DNA of 64,000 nt, from positions 21,965 through 85,964 of the forward strand of contig CAZZZG010000003.1 in assembly GCA_964658525.1 (NCBI GenBank), in the 5' to 3' direction. The translations under genes were made by a program, and so were the position numbers. Shown here in pieces: positions 56,771 through 64,000 of the stretch. The notes under the pieces are model-generated. The model did not search any database. It saw only the letters and a program-made list of their open reading frames with translations, and was not told the DNA's origin. The DNA comes from an uncultured Edaphobacter sp. (GTDB taxonomy: Bacteria; Acidobacteriota; Terriglobia; Terriglobales; Acidobacteriaceae). Each line of letters starts with the position of its first letter. The first letter of the stretch is position 1.

Positions 56771-57810
56771 TTGGCTGTTGCCATGGGCTCCGGTGAGATT
56801 CCAAGCCTTTGAAGTAGACTCGTATCCCGATCGCTTCCAGGGTTCGCAGCCGTGAGTAATGTGTCCCCAACGAATATCGAATTCGCACCTGCAAAAAAGC
56901 AGAGCGCCTGCAGTTCGTCGGACATGTCCTTTCTTCCTGCGGACAGGCGTACATGAGATTTCGGTATGAGTATCCGCGCGAGCGCGATAATCCGAATGAA
57001 TTCGATCGGATCGACCGGTGCCGCATCGGACAGTTTTGAACCCGGAATTGGAATGAGCATATTGACCGGTACGCTCTCAGGTGGCGATGGCAGGTTAGCC
57101 AGGGTCAATAGCATGTCGACGCGATCTTCCGGGTTTTCCCCCATACCGATAATGCCGCCAGCGCACACCTTCATCCCAGCCTGTCGGACATTCTCCACGG
57201 TTTCGATACGATCCCCGAAACTTCTGGTGGTAATGATCTCCGGATAGAACCGCTCAGAGGTATCAATATTGTGGTTGTAGTAATCAAGCCCGGCTTCGGC
57301 TAAAGTTGCGGCCTGCTGCGTTGAGAGCATGCCAAGTGTCATGCAAGTCTCGAGATTCAGCGCTTTTACGCCCTTGACCATCGCGACAACAACATCCATA
57401 TCGCGCTCTTTCGGACTGCGCCAGGCTGCCCCCATGCAATAGCGAGTAGCGCCCCCATCCTTCGCCTTGCGTGCCTCGTCAATTACCTGGTCGACGCCCA
57501 TCAACTTTGAAGCGTTGAGACCCGTCGCGGAGCGTGCAGACTGACTGCAGTAACCGCAATCTTCAGGACATCCACCAGTCTTTATGCTCAGCAATTTACT
57601 GAGCTGAACTTGATTGGGATTGAAGTTCTCGCGATGAACGGAATGTGCCCGAAAGAGAAGATCGTTGAACGGCAATTCGTATATTGCGTGGGCGTCAGCC
57701 GCCAACCAGGTATTACTCGTAGGTGAACGGTACGGTGTTGAGGCTGCTCTTGCGGATGGCATTATTAGTTCTGTTTCCGACGGCACAGTACGTCTCCTTT
57801 GATGCATCAC
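56767..57810 (-). CDS. bioB: Biotin synthase (radical SAM); start uncertain
   Basis: [26 protein letters not shown] and the rest of the BioB pattern. An AGGAG lies 7 nt before an in-frame GTG at 57786, which may be the true start. Confidence 0.9.
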   Translation of the reverse strand: MMHQRRRTVPSETELIMPSARAASTPYRSPTSNTWLAADAHAIYELPFNDLLFRAHSVHRENFNPNQVQLSKLLSIKTGGCPEDCGYCSQSARSATGLNASKLMGVDQVIDEARKAKDGGATRYCMGAAWRSPKERDMDVVVAMVKGVKALNLETCMTLGMLSTQQAATLAEAGLDYYNHNIDTSERFYPEIITTRSFGDRIETVENVRQAGMKVCAGGIIGMGENPEDRVDMLLTLANLPSPPESVPVNMLIPIPGSKLSDAAPVDPIEFIRIIALARILIPKSHVRLSAGRKDMSDELQALCFFAGANSIFVGDTLLTAANPGSDRDTSLLQRLGISPEPMATAK

Positions 57811-57818
57811 CGGAGCAA

Positions 57819-57833
57819 ATCATAGATAATGAT
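57819..57833. promoter_or_regulatory. BioR-box-like operator 1 (ATCATAGATAATGAT)
   Basis: It contains TCATAGATAA (57820-57829), a 9/10 match to the alpha-proteobacterial BioR box TTATMKATAA, directly upstream of bioB. Confidence 0.5.
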
Positions 57834-57893
57834 GTTGCATCCGGAGTTATTTCTGTCCCAATGTAGCAGCGTGAGCGATATGGAAAGAAGAGA

Positions 57894-57912
57894 ATCATAG
57901 ATTATCTATGAT
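57894..57912. promoter_or_regulatory. BioR-box-like operator 2, a perfect 19-bp palindrome (ATCATAGAT-T-ATCTATGAT)
   Basis: Perfect 9-bp arms. It contains TTATCTATGA (57902-57911), a 9/10 match to TTATMKATAA, and ends 12 nt before the GntR ATG. Confidence 0.55.
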
Positions 57913-57923
57913 AAAAGTGGTGG

Positions 57924-58538
57924 ATGGCTGAAACCACGGCAGAACGGATCGCGCGCATCCTTGCGGAACGCATTGTCTCTGGAAGGCTCCTCCCCGACGC
58001 TCCTTTGCGTCAAGACCGGATCGCGGAGGAATTTGAGGCGAGTCACGTTCCGGTACGAGAGGCATTCCAGCTCTTGCGTGCCCAATGGCTGGTCGTAAGC
58101 GAACCGCGTCGCGGCATGAGGGTGGCTCCTCTCGATCATGTCTCTATGCAGGAGATCGTTGAGGTTCGTGCATCGCTTGAAACATTGGCGCTTTCTCATG
58201 CAGCTCCCAGGTTGAATGCAGGTTGCTTCGAAAAGATCGAACACGCCATGCTGATAGGTGATCAGGCACAAACGATGACCGAGTGGGAACAGGCGAACAA
58301 GCTATTTCACAGGGAATTGGTTGCGCCTTGCAAAATGCCAAGATTGCTCGACATGATTGATCAACTCCAACTCGCGAACTCCCGCATCGTTTTGTCCGCA
58401 ACCCGCTCCGGCGGCTGGAAGCCCGCGTCCAGTCACGCTCATCGGCAAATTGTTGACGCTCTAAAGGTGAAGGACTTGCCAGAGGCCATAGAGCTACTCC
58501 GGCGTCATATTCGCGGCTTAGAGCGGGTAACGAAGTAA
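57924..58538 (+). CDS. GntR-family (FadR/FCD subfamily) regulator, BioR-like by context
   Basis: N-terminal wHTH (ERIARILAERIVSGRLLPDAPLRQDRIAEEFEASHVPVREAFQLLRAQWLV) plus an FCD-type helical domain. It is divergent from bioB. Confidence 0.8.
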   Translation: MAETTAERIARILAERIVSGRLLPDAPLRQDRIAEEFEASHVPVREAFQLLRAQWLVVSEPRRGMRVAPLDHVSMQEIVEVRASLETLALSHAAPRLNAGCFEKIEHAMLIGDQAQTMTEWEQANKLFHRELVAPCKMPRLLDMIDQLQLANSRIVLSATRSGGWKPASSHAHRQIVDALKVKDLPEAIELLRRHIRGLERVTK

Positions 58539-58577
58539 GACGCTCGGGGGCGTGAGAAATAAGCCTCCGAGCATGAA

Positions 58578-59336
58578 TCAAACACTCTTCACTGGAGGAA
58601 GAATCTTTGCCAGATGAATCAGGTCTTTGGCAACGAAGTTTGGCTGAGGCAATCCGGGAGTTGGCAGGGGTGCATTTCCCGGGCGCGTGATGAGTGCGGC
58701 CGAGAACCCTGCGCTTTGAGCTCCGATCGTGTCCCATACGTGAGCGGCAACCATGCAGCACGAGGAAGGTTGGACATCGAGCTCCTGCGCAACCATGTGA
58801 TACACCCCTTGAGAAGGTTTATAAGAGCGTACGGTTTCAATGCTGAATTGACGCTCGAAATATCCGGCAAGACCGGCCTGCTCGAGTGGACTCTTGCCGC
58901 TGGGATTCGGTGGCGAGTTTGTCAAAGTCACCATGCGATACCCCAGCTTCTTCAAATGCTTCAACCCTTCGACGACATCTGAATGTGCCGGCATGGTCAT
59001 CATCGCGGTTTTGATCTCTTCATGGTCCTCGGGACGTATGTTAACCCCTTTGATCGAGCCAATCATTTGGAGCAGCCCCTGTCCCAGGGAATAGTAGTCC
59101 ACGTAGAGTCCGGATAACGTAAGTGTCATCGAGTACATGATTAGATGGCCTAGCCATTCGCGCATCACGCGTTTGTCACCGTAGATCCGTTCGAACAGCG
59201 CATTCATCGATTCGAAGTTAATCAGCGTCTCATTGACGTCGAACACAAGCACTGAAGGCTCTTCGGAGTTCCACTGATATTTCGGGTTGATCTTGTCTAT
59301 TTGGTCAGATGGTCCTTTGCTGGGTTTGGTGGTCAT
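58578..59336 (-). CDS. HAD-superfamily hydrolase (haloacid dehalogenase type II-like)
   Basis: The motif I region is VLVFDVNETLINF, followed by LTNS and then a Lys/Asp region. Confidence 0.65.
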   Translation of the reverse strand: MTTKPSKGPSDQIDKINPKYQWNSEEPSVLVFDVNETLINFESMNALFERIYGDKRVMREWLGHLIMYSMTLTLSGLYVDYYSLGQGLLQMIGSIKGVNIRPEDHEEIKTAMMTMPAHSDVVEGLKHLKKLGYRMVTLTNSPPNPSGKSPLEQAGLAGYFERQFSIETVRSYKPSQGVYHMVAQELDVQPSSCCMVAAHVWDTIGAQSAGFSAALITRPGNAPLPTPGLPQPNFVAKDLIHLAKILPPVKSV

Positions 59337-59458
59337 TGGTTGTGTTCCTCTCGCTTCTGTTTGCGTGCGCGCATCAGCGATTGTTTAAATGATCGCGAAT
59401 GCAACTTCGAATGCCACGATTTCTGGCGCGGCGGATTTTTCATCGGTATCTTAGCAAG

Positions 59459-60919
59459 TTAGTAATTAGGAAGCTGAGTAGCGTCCCAACCCCCTCCAAT
59501 AGCCTTAATCAGCAGGACGCTCGCGTCCATCTCGCGCTGACGTAGATCGATATCGTTTCGCTCATTCTGTAAGGCGGTTGTCTGAGACGTCACGACCTGG
59601 AGGTAGGTATCGACCCCGTCCTGATAGCGTTTTGTGAATAGGTCGAGTGCTTTTTCCGCGGAGATAGTCGCGCTCCTTTGTTGTTCCACTTCCTTGGCCA
59701 GAACGTTTAGGGCAACAAGATTATCTTCGACCTCCTGAAATGCAGTAAGGCTGTCCTGTCGATAAATGGCGATCGTCGCGTCATAGTTGGCACGCGCCCC
59801 CTCGGAGATTGCACGGCGCCGTCCACCGTCGTAGATCACTTGAGATACAGACGGACCTACGGCCCAAAGCCTGCTGGGCCAGATGAACCAATTGGAAGCC
59901 TGGGCAGACTGAAATCCTGCAGCCGCACCGATGGTCACCTGGGGGAAATAAGCCGCCTTGGCAATACCGATCTGTTCGTTGGCTGCGGCTACTCTACGTT
60001 CTGCCGCCGACACATCTGGCCGGCGTTCAAGAAGGGTTCCGGCGACTCCAACGGGTATCTGAGGTGGTTGAAGCACAAAATTCTCGTCGCGGGCGATCGA
60101 GAACTCGGCAGGAGTCTTTCCGACCAGGACTGCAATCGCATGCTCATAGTTAGCCCTGGCTTGAACGATGTCTGTCTCTAGAACTCGTGCTGACTGAAGC
60201 TGGGTACGGGCCTGCTCAACATCTGCTCGAGGTGATGCCCCGCCGTTGTATCGATCTTCAGTAACCTTTAGCGCGCGTTCATACGTTTTCACAGTATCTC
60301 GAAGGAGCCGCTCCTGAAGATCTGCACTCCGCAGGCCGAAATAATCACGAGCAAGCTCCGCATGAAGACTCAGCTTTGCAACTTCCACATCGCCGGCTGA
60401 AGACTGTGCTTCCTCTTTCGCTGCAGTCACCGAACGACGAACGCGTCCCCAGAGGTCTACCTCGTAGGAGAGCTCGATAGGAAAGACGAAGTTGCCTGTA
60501 CCGTTGTTAACCAGAGCCTGATTGAAGTAGGGCTGGTTGGCTGAGTCTCTCTCGTTCAGAATGCTTGGAGACAAACTGATGGACGGAAACTGAGAAGCGC
60601 GGTTGAACCGAATGGCTGCCCGTGCCTGCCGAAGACGCGCCTCCGCGAGTTGGAGGTTCTGGTTCGCCTGAGTGAGCTGGTCTTCATAGTCATTCAGCCA
60701 GGCATCACCAAAGACCATCCACCACTTTCCCCGCTCTACCTGATCATTAGGACTAGCTGTCTTCCAATCTGATGAGTCAGTGACATTGGAAGGCAACGGC
60801 TCCTTAATAGCTGGTGGCGATGGTAGTGCAGATGGTTTGACATACTTCGGGCCAACCTCGCAGCCTGTCGCGAAGAGTCCGCCTAACGCCAGAAAAATAG
60901 CGACCCGCTTATCGATCAT
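59459..60919 (-). CDS. RND efflux outer membrane lipoprotein, NodT/OprM family
   Basis: Lipobox LFATGC, then two OMF repeat halves. It overlaps the adaptor gene by 4 nt. Confidence 0.85.
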   Translation of the reverse strand: MIDKRVAIFLALGGLFATGCEVGPKYVKPSALPSPPAIKEPLPSNVTDSSDWKTASPNDQVERGKWWMVFGDAWLNDYEDQLTQANQNLQLAEARLRQARAAIRFNRASQFPSISLSPSILNERDSANQPYFNQALVNNGTGNFVFPIELSYEVDLWGRVRRSVTAAKEEAQSSAGDVEVAKLSLHAELARDYFGLRSADLQERLLRDTVKTYERALKVTEDRYNGGASPRADVEQARTQLQSARVLETDIVQARANYEHAIAVLVGKTPAEFSIARDENFVLQPPQIPVGVAGTLLERRPDVSAAERRVAAANEQIGIAKAAYFPQVTIGAAAGFQSAQASNWFIWPSRLWAVGPSVSQVIYDGGRRRAISEGARANYDATIAIYRQDSLTAFQEVEDNLVALNVLAKEVEQQRSATISAEKALDLFTKRYQDGVDTYLQVVTSQTTALQNERNDIDLRQREMDASVLLIKAIGGGWDATQLPNY

Positions 60920-62163
60920 TTCCCGCCCTCACGATTCTCCGGGGCAATCCTCACTGGCGTTCCAGAGGTGAGGGAGTCAGAAGGATTCAGAATAACCTTG
61001 TCCCCCATGGAGAGCCCTGATGTGACTTCTAAAGTCGAACCAAAGTCTCGGCCGATTGTTATTGGAACCAGTTGCGCTTTGCCGTCGCGAACCACAGCGG
61101 TTCGCATACCTTCGGAGCGGAACAGGATTGCATTGGCAGGAACAGTTAGAGGCCCCGCCGCTGGATCTTTAGCGTTTGAGGCCTTGAAGTGTGCCAGAAC
61201 ATAGGCCCCAGTCTTGATCTCATCCTTTGCGTTGTCGATGTCGATCTCGACATTGAGAGTTCTGGTTGTCTGGTCGATCGCATCCGACGTCCGAGCTATC
61301 AACCCCTGAAACGTTCGGTTTGGATATTCATCGAGAGTAAGTTCAACCGGAGCCCCTAACCGTACTACGGAGGACTCTGCCTCGGGGACAGAGACGAAGA
61401 TGCGCAGGCGCGACACAGACGCCATGTGAAATAGCTCCTTGGGACCACCGGATCCGGAGTCGATGAGGGCGCCAATATCTGTATTGCGCGCGGTAATCAC
61501 ACCATCGAAGGGAGCGTAGACCTTTTCAAACGACTGGAGTTGCTGCAATCGATCGAAGTTAGCGGAGGCGGAGCTTGTCGTAAACTTTTTTGCTTTGTAA
61601 TCGCTCTCGTATTGTTCCGCTTCTTGCTTCGACACGGCATCATCGTTTACCAGTCGCTGCCACCGAACGGCGGTCGTATAAGCAAGCTCTTCGTTCTGCT
61701 TAGCCGTGAACAAGTCCTGCTGGGCTTGTTTCAGCTGCTGGTCAAGTTCCGGCGTTTCGATTTCGGCCAGCAGTTGTCCCTTCCGAACGTGCGCGCCGAT
61801 ATCAAAGTACCACTTTTTAAGATAGCCATTTGTGCGAGCGTAAATGGCCGTTTCAATAAATGACTGCGTTGTCCCAGGCAATATTAGTTCGCTCACTCCT
61901 TTAGCTGGCGCTATCGAGGTCACATTGACGAGTGGAACCGCCGCGCGATTCGTCGTCTCAGTGAGTTCGGCCGAAGCCGACTTGCGGCTTAGAAGTCCGA
62001 TGACAACGACAATCAGCACAATTACCCCCGCAGCTATCGCGAATAGCTTCTGCATGGCCGAAAATGGCTTGCGTTCAACTGCCAGAGGAGACTGATCGAT
62101 CTGGTTTCCACTATTTGTGTTTGCGGAGCTCACGTTTTCCATTTCTTGGTTACTCCCTTTCAC
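60916..62163 (-). CDS. RND periplasmic adaptor (HlyD/AcrA family)
   Basis: TM anchor, lipoyl-like motif (GYLKKWYFDIGAHVRKGQLLAEIETPEL), coiled hairpin and beta-barrel. Its start shares 1 nt with the RND stop. Confidence 0.9.
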   Translation of the reverse strand: MKGSNQEMENVSSANTNSGNQIDQSPLAVERKPFSAMQKLFAIAAGVIVLIVVVIGLLSRKSASAELTETTNRAAVPLVNVTSIAPAKGVSELILPGTTQSFIETAIYARTNGYLKKWYFDIGAHVRKGQLLAEIETPELDQQLKQAQQDLFTAKQNEELAYTTAVRWQRLVNDDAVSKQEAEQYESDYKAKKFTTSSASANFDRLQQLQSFEKVYAPFDGVITARNTDIGALIDSGSGGPKELFHMASVSRLRIFVSVPEAESSVVRLGAPVELTLDEYPNRTFQGLIARTSDAIDQTTRTLNVEIDIDNAKDEIKTGAYVLAHFKASNAKDPAAGPLTVPANAILFRSEGMRTAVVRDGKAQLVPITIGRDFGSTLEVTSGLSMGDKVILNPSDSLTSGTPVRIAPENREGGK

Positions 62164-64000
62164 TATGTACGCGCTGACAGTTCCTGCTCTGGAAGGTTTT
62201 CTTCAGGGGTTTTCTCGATCCGTTTATGGACGAGACTGAATACCGAAGGAACAAAGACAAGCGTGGCTACAGTAGCGATGAGAAGGCCTCCAATCACAGC
62301 GCGGCCGAGAGGAGCATTCTGTTCTCCACCATCACCAAAGCCCAACGCCATTGGGATCATTCCGATGATCATCGCGAGGGCGGTCATGAGGACTGGGCGA
62401 AAACGCGTGCTGCCAGCCTCGATCGCAGCGGCGACCGGATCGCCGTGATGGCCTAACCGCTCCTTCGCGAATGAGACCACCAGAATGCTGTTAGCCGTCG
62501 CCACCCCCATGCACATGATGGCTCCCATCAGAGCGGGAACGCTCAGCGCCGTGTGCGTGATAAACAGGAACATAACGATACCCGCAAGCGCCGCCGGCAG
62601 CGCCATCACGATGACGAATGGATCCAGCCAGGACTGGAAGTTGACGACGATCAGCATATAGACCAGCAGGATCGAAAAGATGAGGCCGCCAATGAGACCC
62701 ATGTAAGCGCTTTGCATGGTCCCAAACTGTCCCCTCAGGGTGACAAAGCTTCCTCGCGGCAGCTCTTTCTTGTGGCTATCGACAATTCGGTTGACTTCGC
62801 GCCCGACAGCGCCGAGGTCTCTGTCCTGGACCGCGGCATAGATGTCGACAACCCGTCGAATGTTGTAGTGGTTGATGGACCCAGGCTCCATCGTTCGGTG
62901 AATCGTCGAAACATCGGTCAGGAGCCCCTGGTGAGCTTGATTAGAGCTTGATACCGGAATGTTCTTGATGTCCTGATCGGACTGAACCCCATATTGAGGA
63001 TTCTGAACAACGATGCTGTACTGAACTCCATTCTTGGGATTCAGGTAGTACATGGGCGACACCTGGAAGCTGCCACTTAGCGCGACAAGCATACTGTTGA
63101 CGACATCGTGTTCGGTAAAGCCCGCCTGCGACGCCTTGGTCCGATCCACGTTGATATGCAGTTTCGGATAGTCCTGTTGTTCCTGTACCCGAATGTCGGT
63201 GAGTCCAGGGACATGCCGCAGCTCAGATAACATCGCCCCTGCCACCTTGGTGTTCCCGGCCACATCAGCCCCTTCGATCTGGATGTCAACAGGAGCCGGC
63301 AGACCGAAGTTCAACGTCTGGGTCACTATATCTCCCGGTAGAAAGTAGAAGACATTTCCCGGAAACTTGTTTGCCAGGTTTGCACGGAGGCTTCGTACAT
63401 ATTCCTTGGTCGGTCGATGCTTCTCCTTGAGCGAAACCAGAATATCTGCATCAGCTTCTCCGGTCAGACCCGAGGTGTTGTACATGTAATTGATGGAACT
63501 GAATGGAAGCCCAATATTGTCGAGAATATTATCCATCTCATCAGCTGGGACCACCGTTCGAATGTACTGCTCTACTTCGTCGGCCAGTCTCGCTGTTTCT
63601 TCGACACGCGTTCCTGTCTTGGCTCGAAGGTGGAGGATAAAGTGTCCGCTATCACTCTCCGGGAAGAAATCCTGTCCAAGAAAGGGAATGAGAACAAACA
63701 CACAGACACAGAGAAGAAGGAACGTCGGGACAAAGATTTTCCTGTGAAGGACTAATTGCTCCAGAAGCGAATGGTAGGCGCCGCGGAAACGTAGAAATAG
63801 CCCTTCGAACCCTCTTTGAAAACGAGCGAAAATGTTATTGGAGACCTTAGCGCGTTCATCATGTGCCTTGAGAAGGAACATCGCCAGCGTCGGAACGAGA
63901 GTTCTCGACAGGATGTACGAGGCGATCATTGCGAAGATAACCGCTTCGGCCAACGGGATGAAGAGAAACTTTGGGACTCCTTTCAGAAAGAACATCGGTA
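62163..64000 (-). CDS. RND efflux permease, C-terminal ~610 codons; the 5' part lies beyond the window end
   Basis: The ORF is open to the window edge. ...FLKGVPKFLFIPLAEAVIFAMIASYILSRTLVPTL... is paralogous to the RND gene at 1..1439. Confidence 0.9.
   Translation of the reverse strand, partial: PMFFLKGVPKFLFIPLAEAVIFAMIASYILSRTLVPTLAMFLLKAHDERAKVSNNIFARFQRGFEGLFLRFRGAYHSLLEQLVLHRKIFVPTFLLLCVCVFVLIPFLGQDFFPESDSGHFILHLRAKTGTRVEETARLADEVEQYIRTVVPADEMDNILDNIGLPFSSINYMYNTSGLTGEADADILVSLKEKHRPTKEYVRSLRANLANKFPGNVFYFLPGDIVTQTLNFGLPAPVDIQIEGADVAGNTKVAGAMLSELRHVPGLTDIRVQEQQDYPKLHINVDRTKASQAGFTEHDVVNSMLVALSGSFQVSPMYYLNPKNGVQYSIVVQNPQYGVQSDQDIKNIPVSSSNQAHQGLLTDVSTIHRTMEPGSINHYNIRRVVDIYAAVQDRDLGAVGREVNRIVDSHKKELPRGSFVTLRGQFGTMQSAYMGLIGGLIFSILLVYMLIVVNFQSWLDPFVIVMALPAALAGIVMFLFITHTALSVPALMGAIMCMGVATANSILVVSFAKERLGHHGDPVAAAIEAGSTRFRPVLMTALAMIIGMIPMALGFGDGGEQNAPLGRAVIGGLLIATVATLVFVPSVFSLVHKRIEKTPEENLPEQELSART

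Overview
This 64-kb window looks like a chromosomal segment of an Acidobacteria-like soil bacterium. That assignment is inference only, from a PEP-CTERM protein, a TonB-receptor tail ending RQIQFSLKLEY and the RND subfamily. I saw no rRNA, tRNA, CRISPR array, prophage or intact mobile element. About 65 genes look intact. They include two paralogous tripartite RND efflux operons, one cut by each window edge, and a CusRS-like two-component system. There is also a divergent iolB/myo-inositol oxygenase pair and a set of detoxification enzymes: a FosA-like protein, a PAT-like GNAT, a haloacid-dehalogenase-like hydrolase and three paralogous Asp-nucleophile alpha/beta hydrolases. Alkylation repair is over-represented, with ada, an uncharacterised 2OG oxygenase and alkB in one operon, plus mpg and ogt elsewhere. 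One same-strand array runs RclC-like (DUF417), NarL-type regulator, DUF1345, msrB, msrA. The most coherent system is a tightly coupled bioB-bioF-bioD-bioA operon ending in a FabH-like gene, a candidate BioZ. It is paired with a divergent GntR regulator and two BioR-box-like operator sites, an arrangement known from alpha-proteobacteria. The second striking property is gene decay. I count at least 12 remnants or disrupted genes with frameshifts, in-frame stops and truncations, several of them redox or oxidative-stress genes (dps, a MOSC-reductase-ferredoxin fusion, a cNMP-thioredoxin-reductase fusion, a redoxin). All function calls come from reading the translations against remembered family motifs, and no database search was run.
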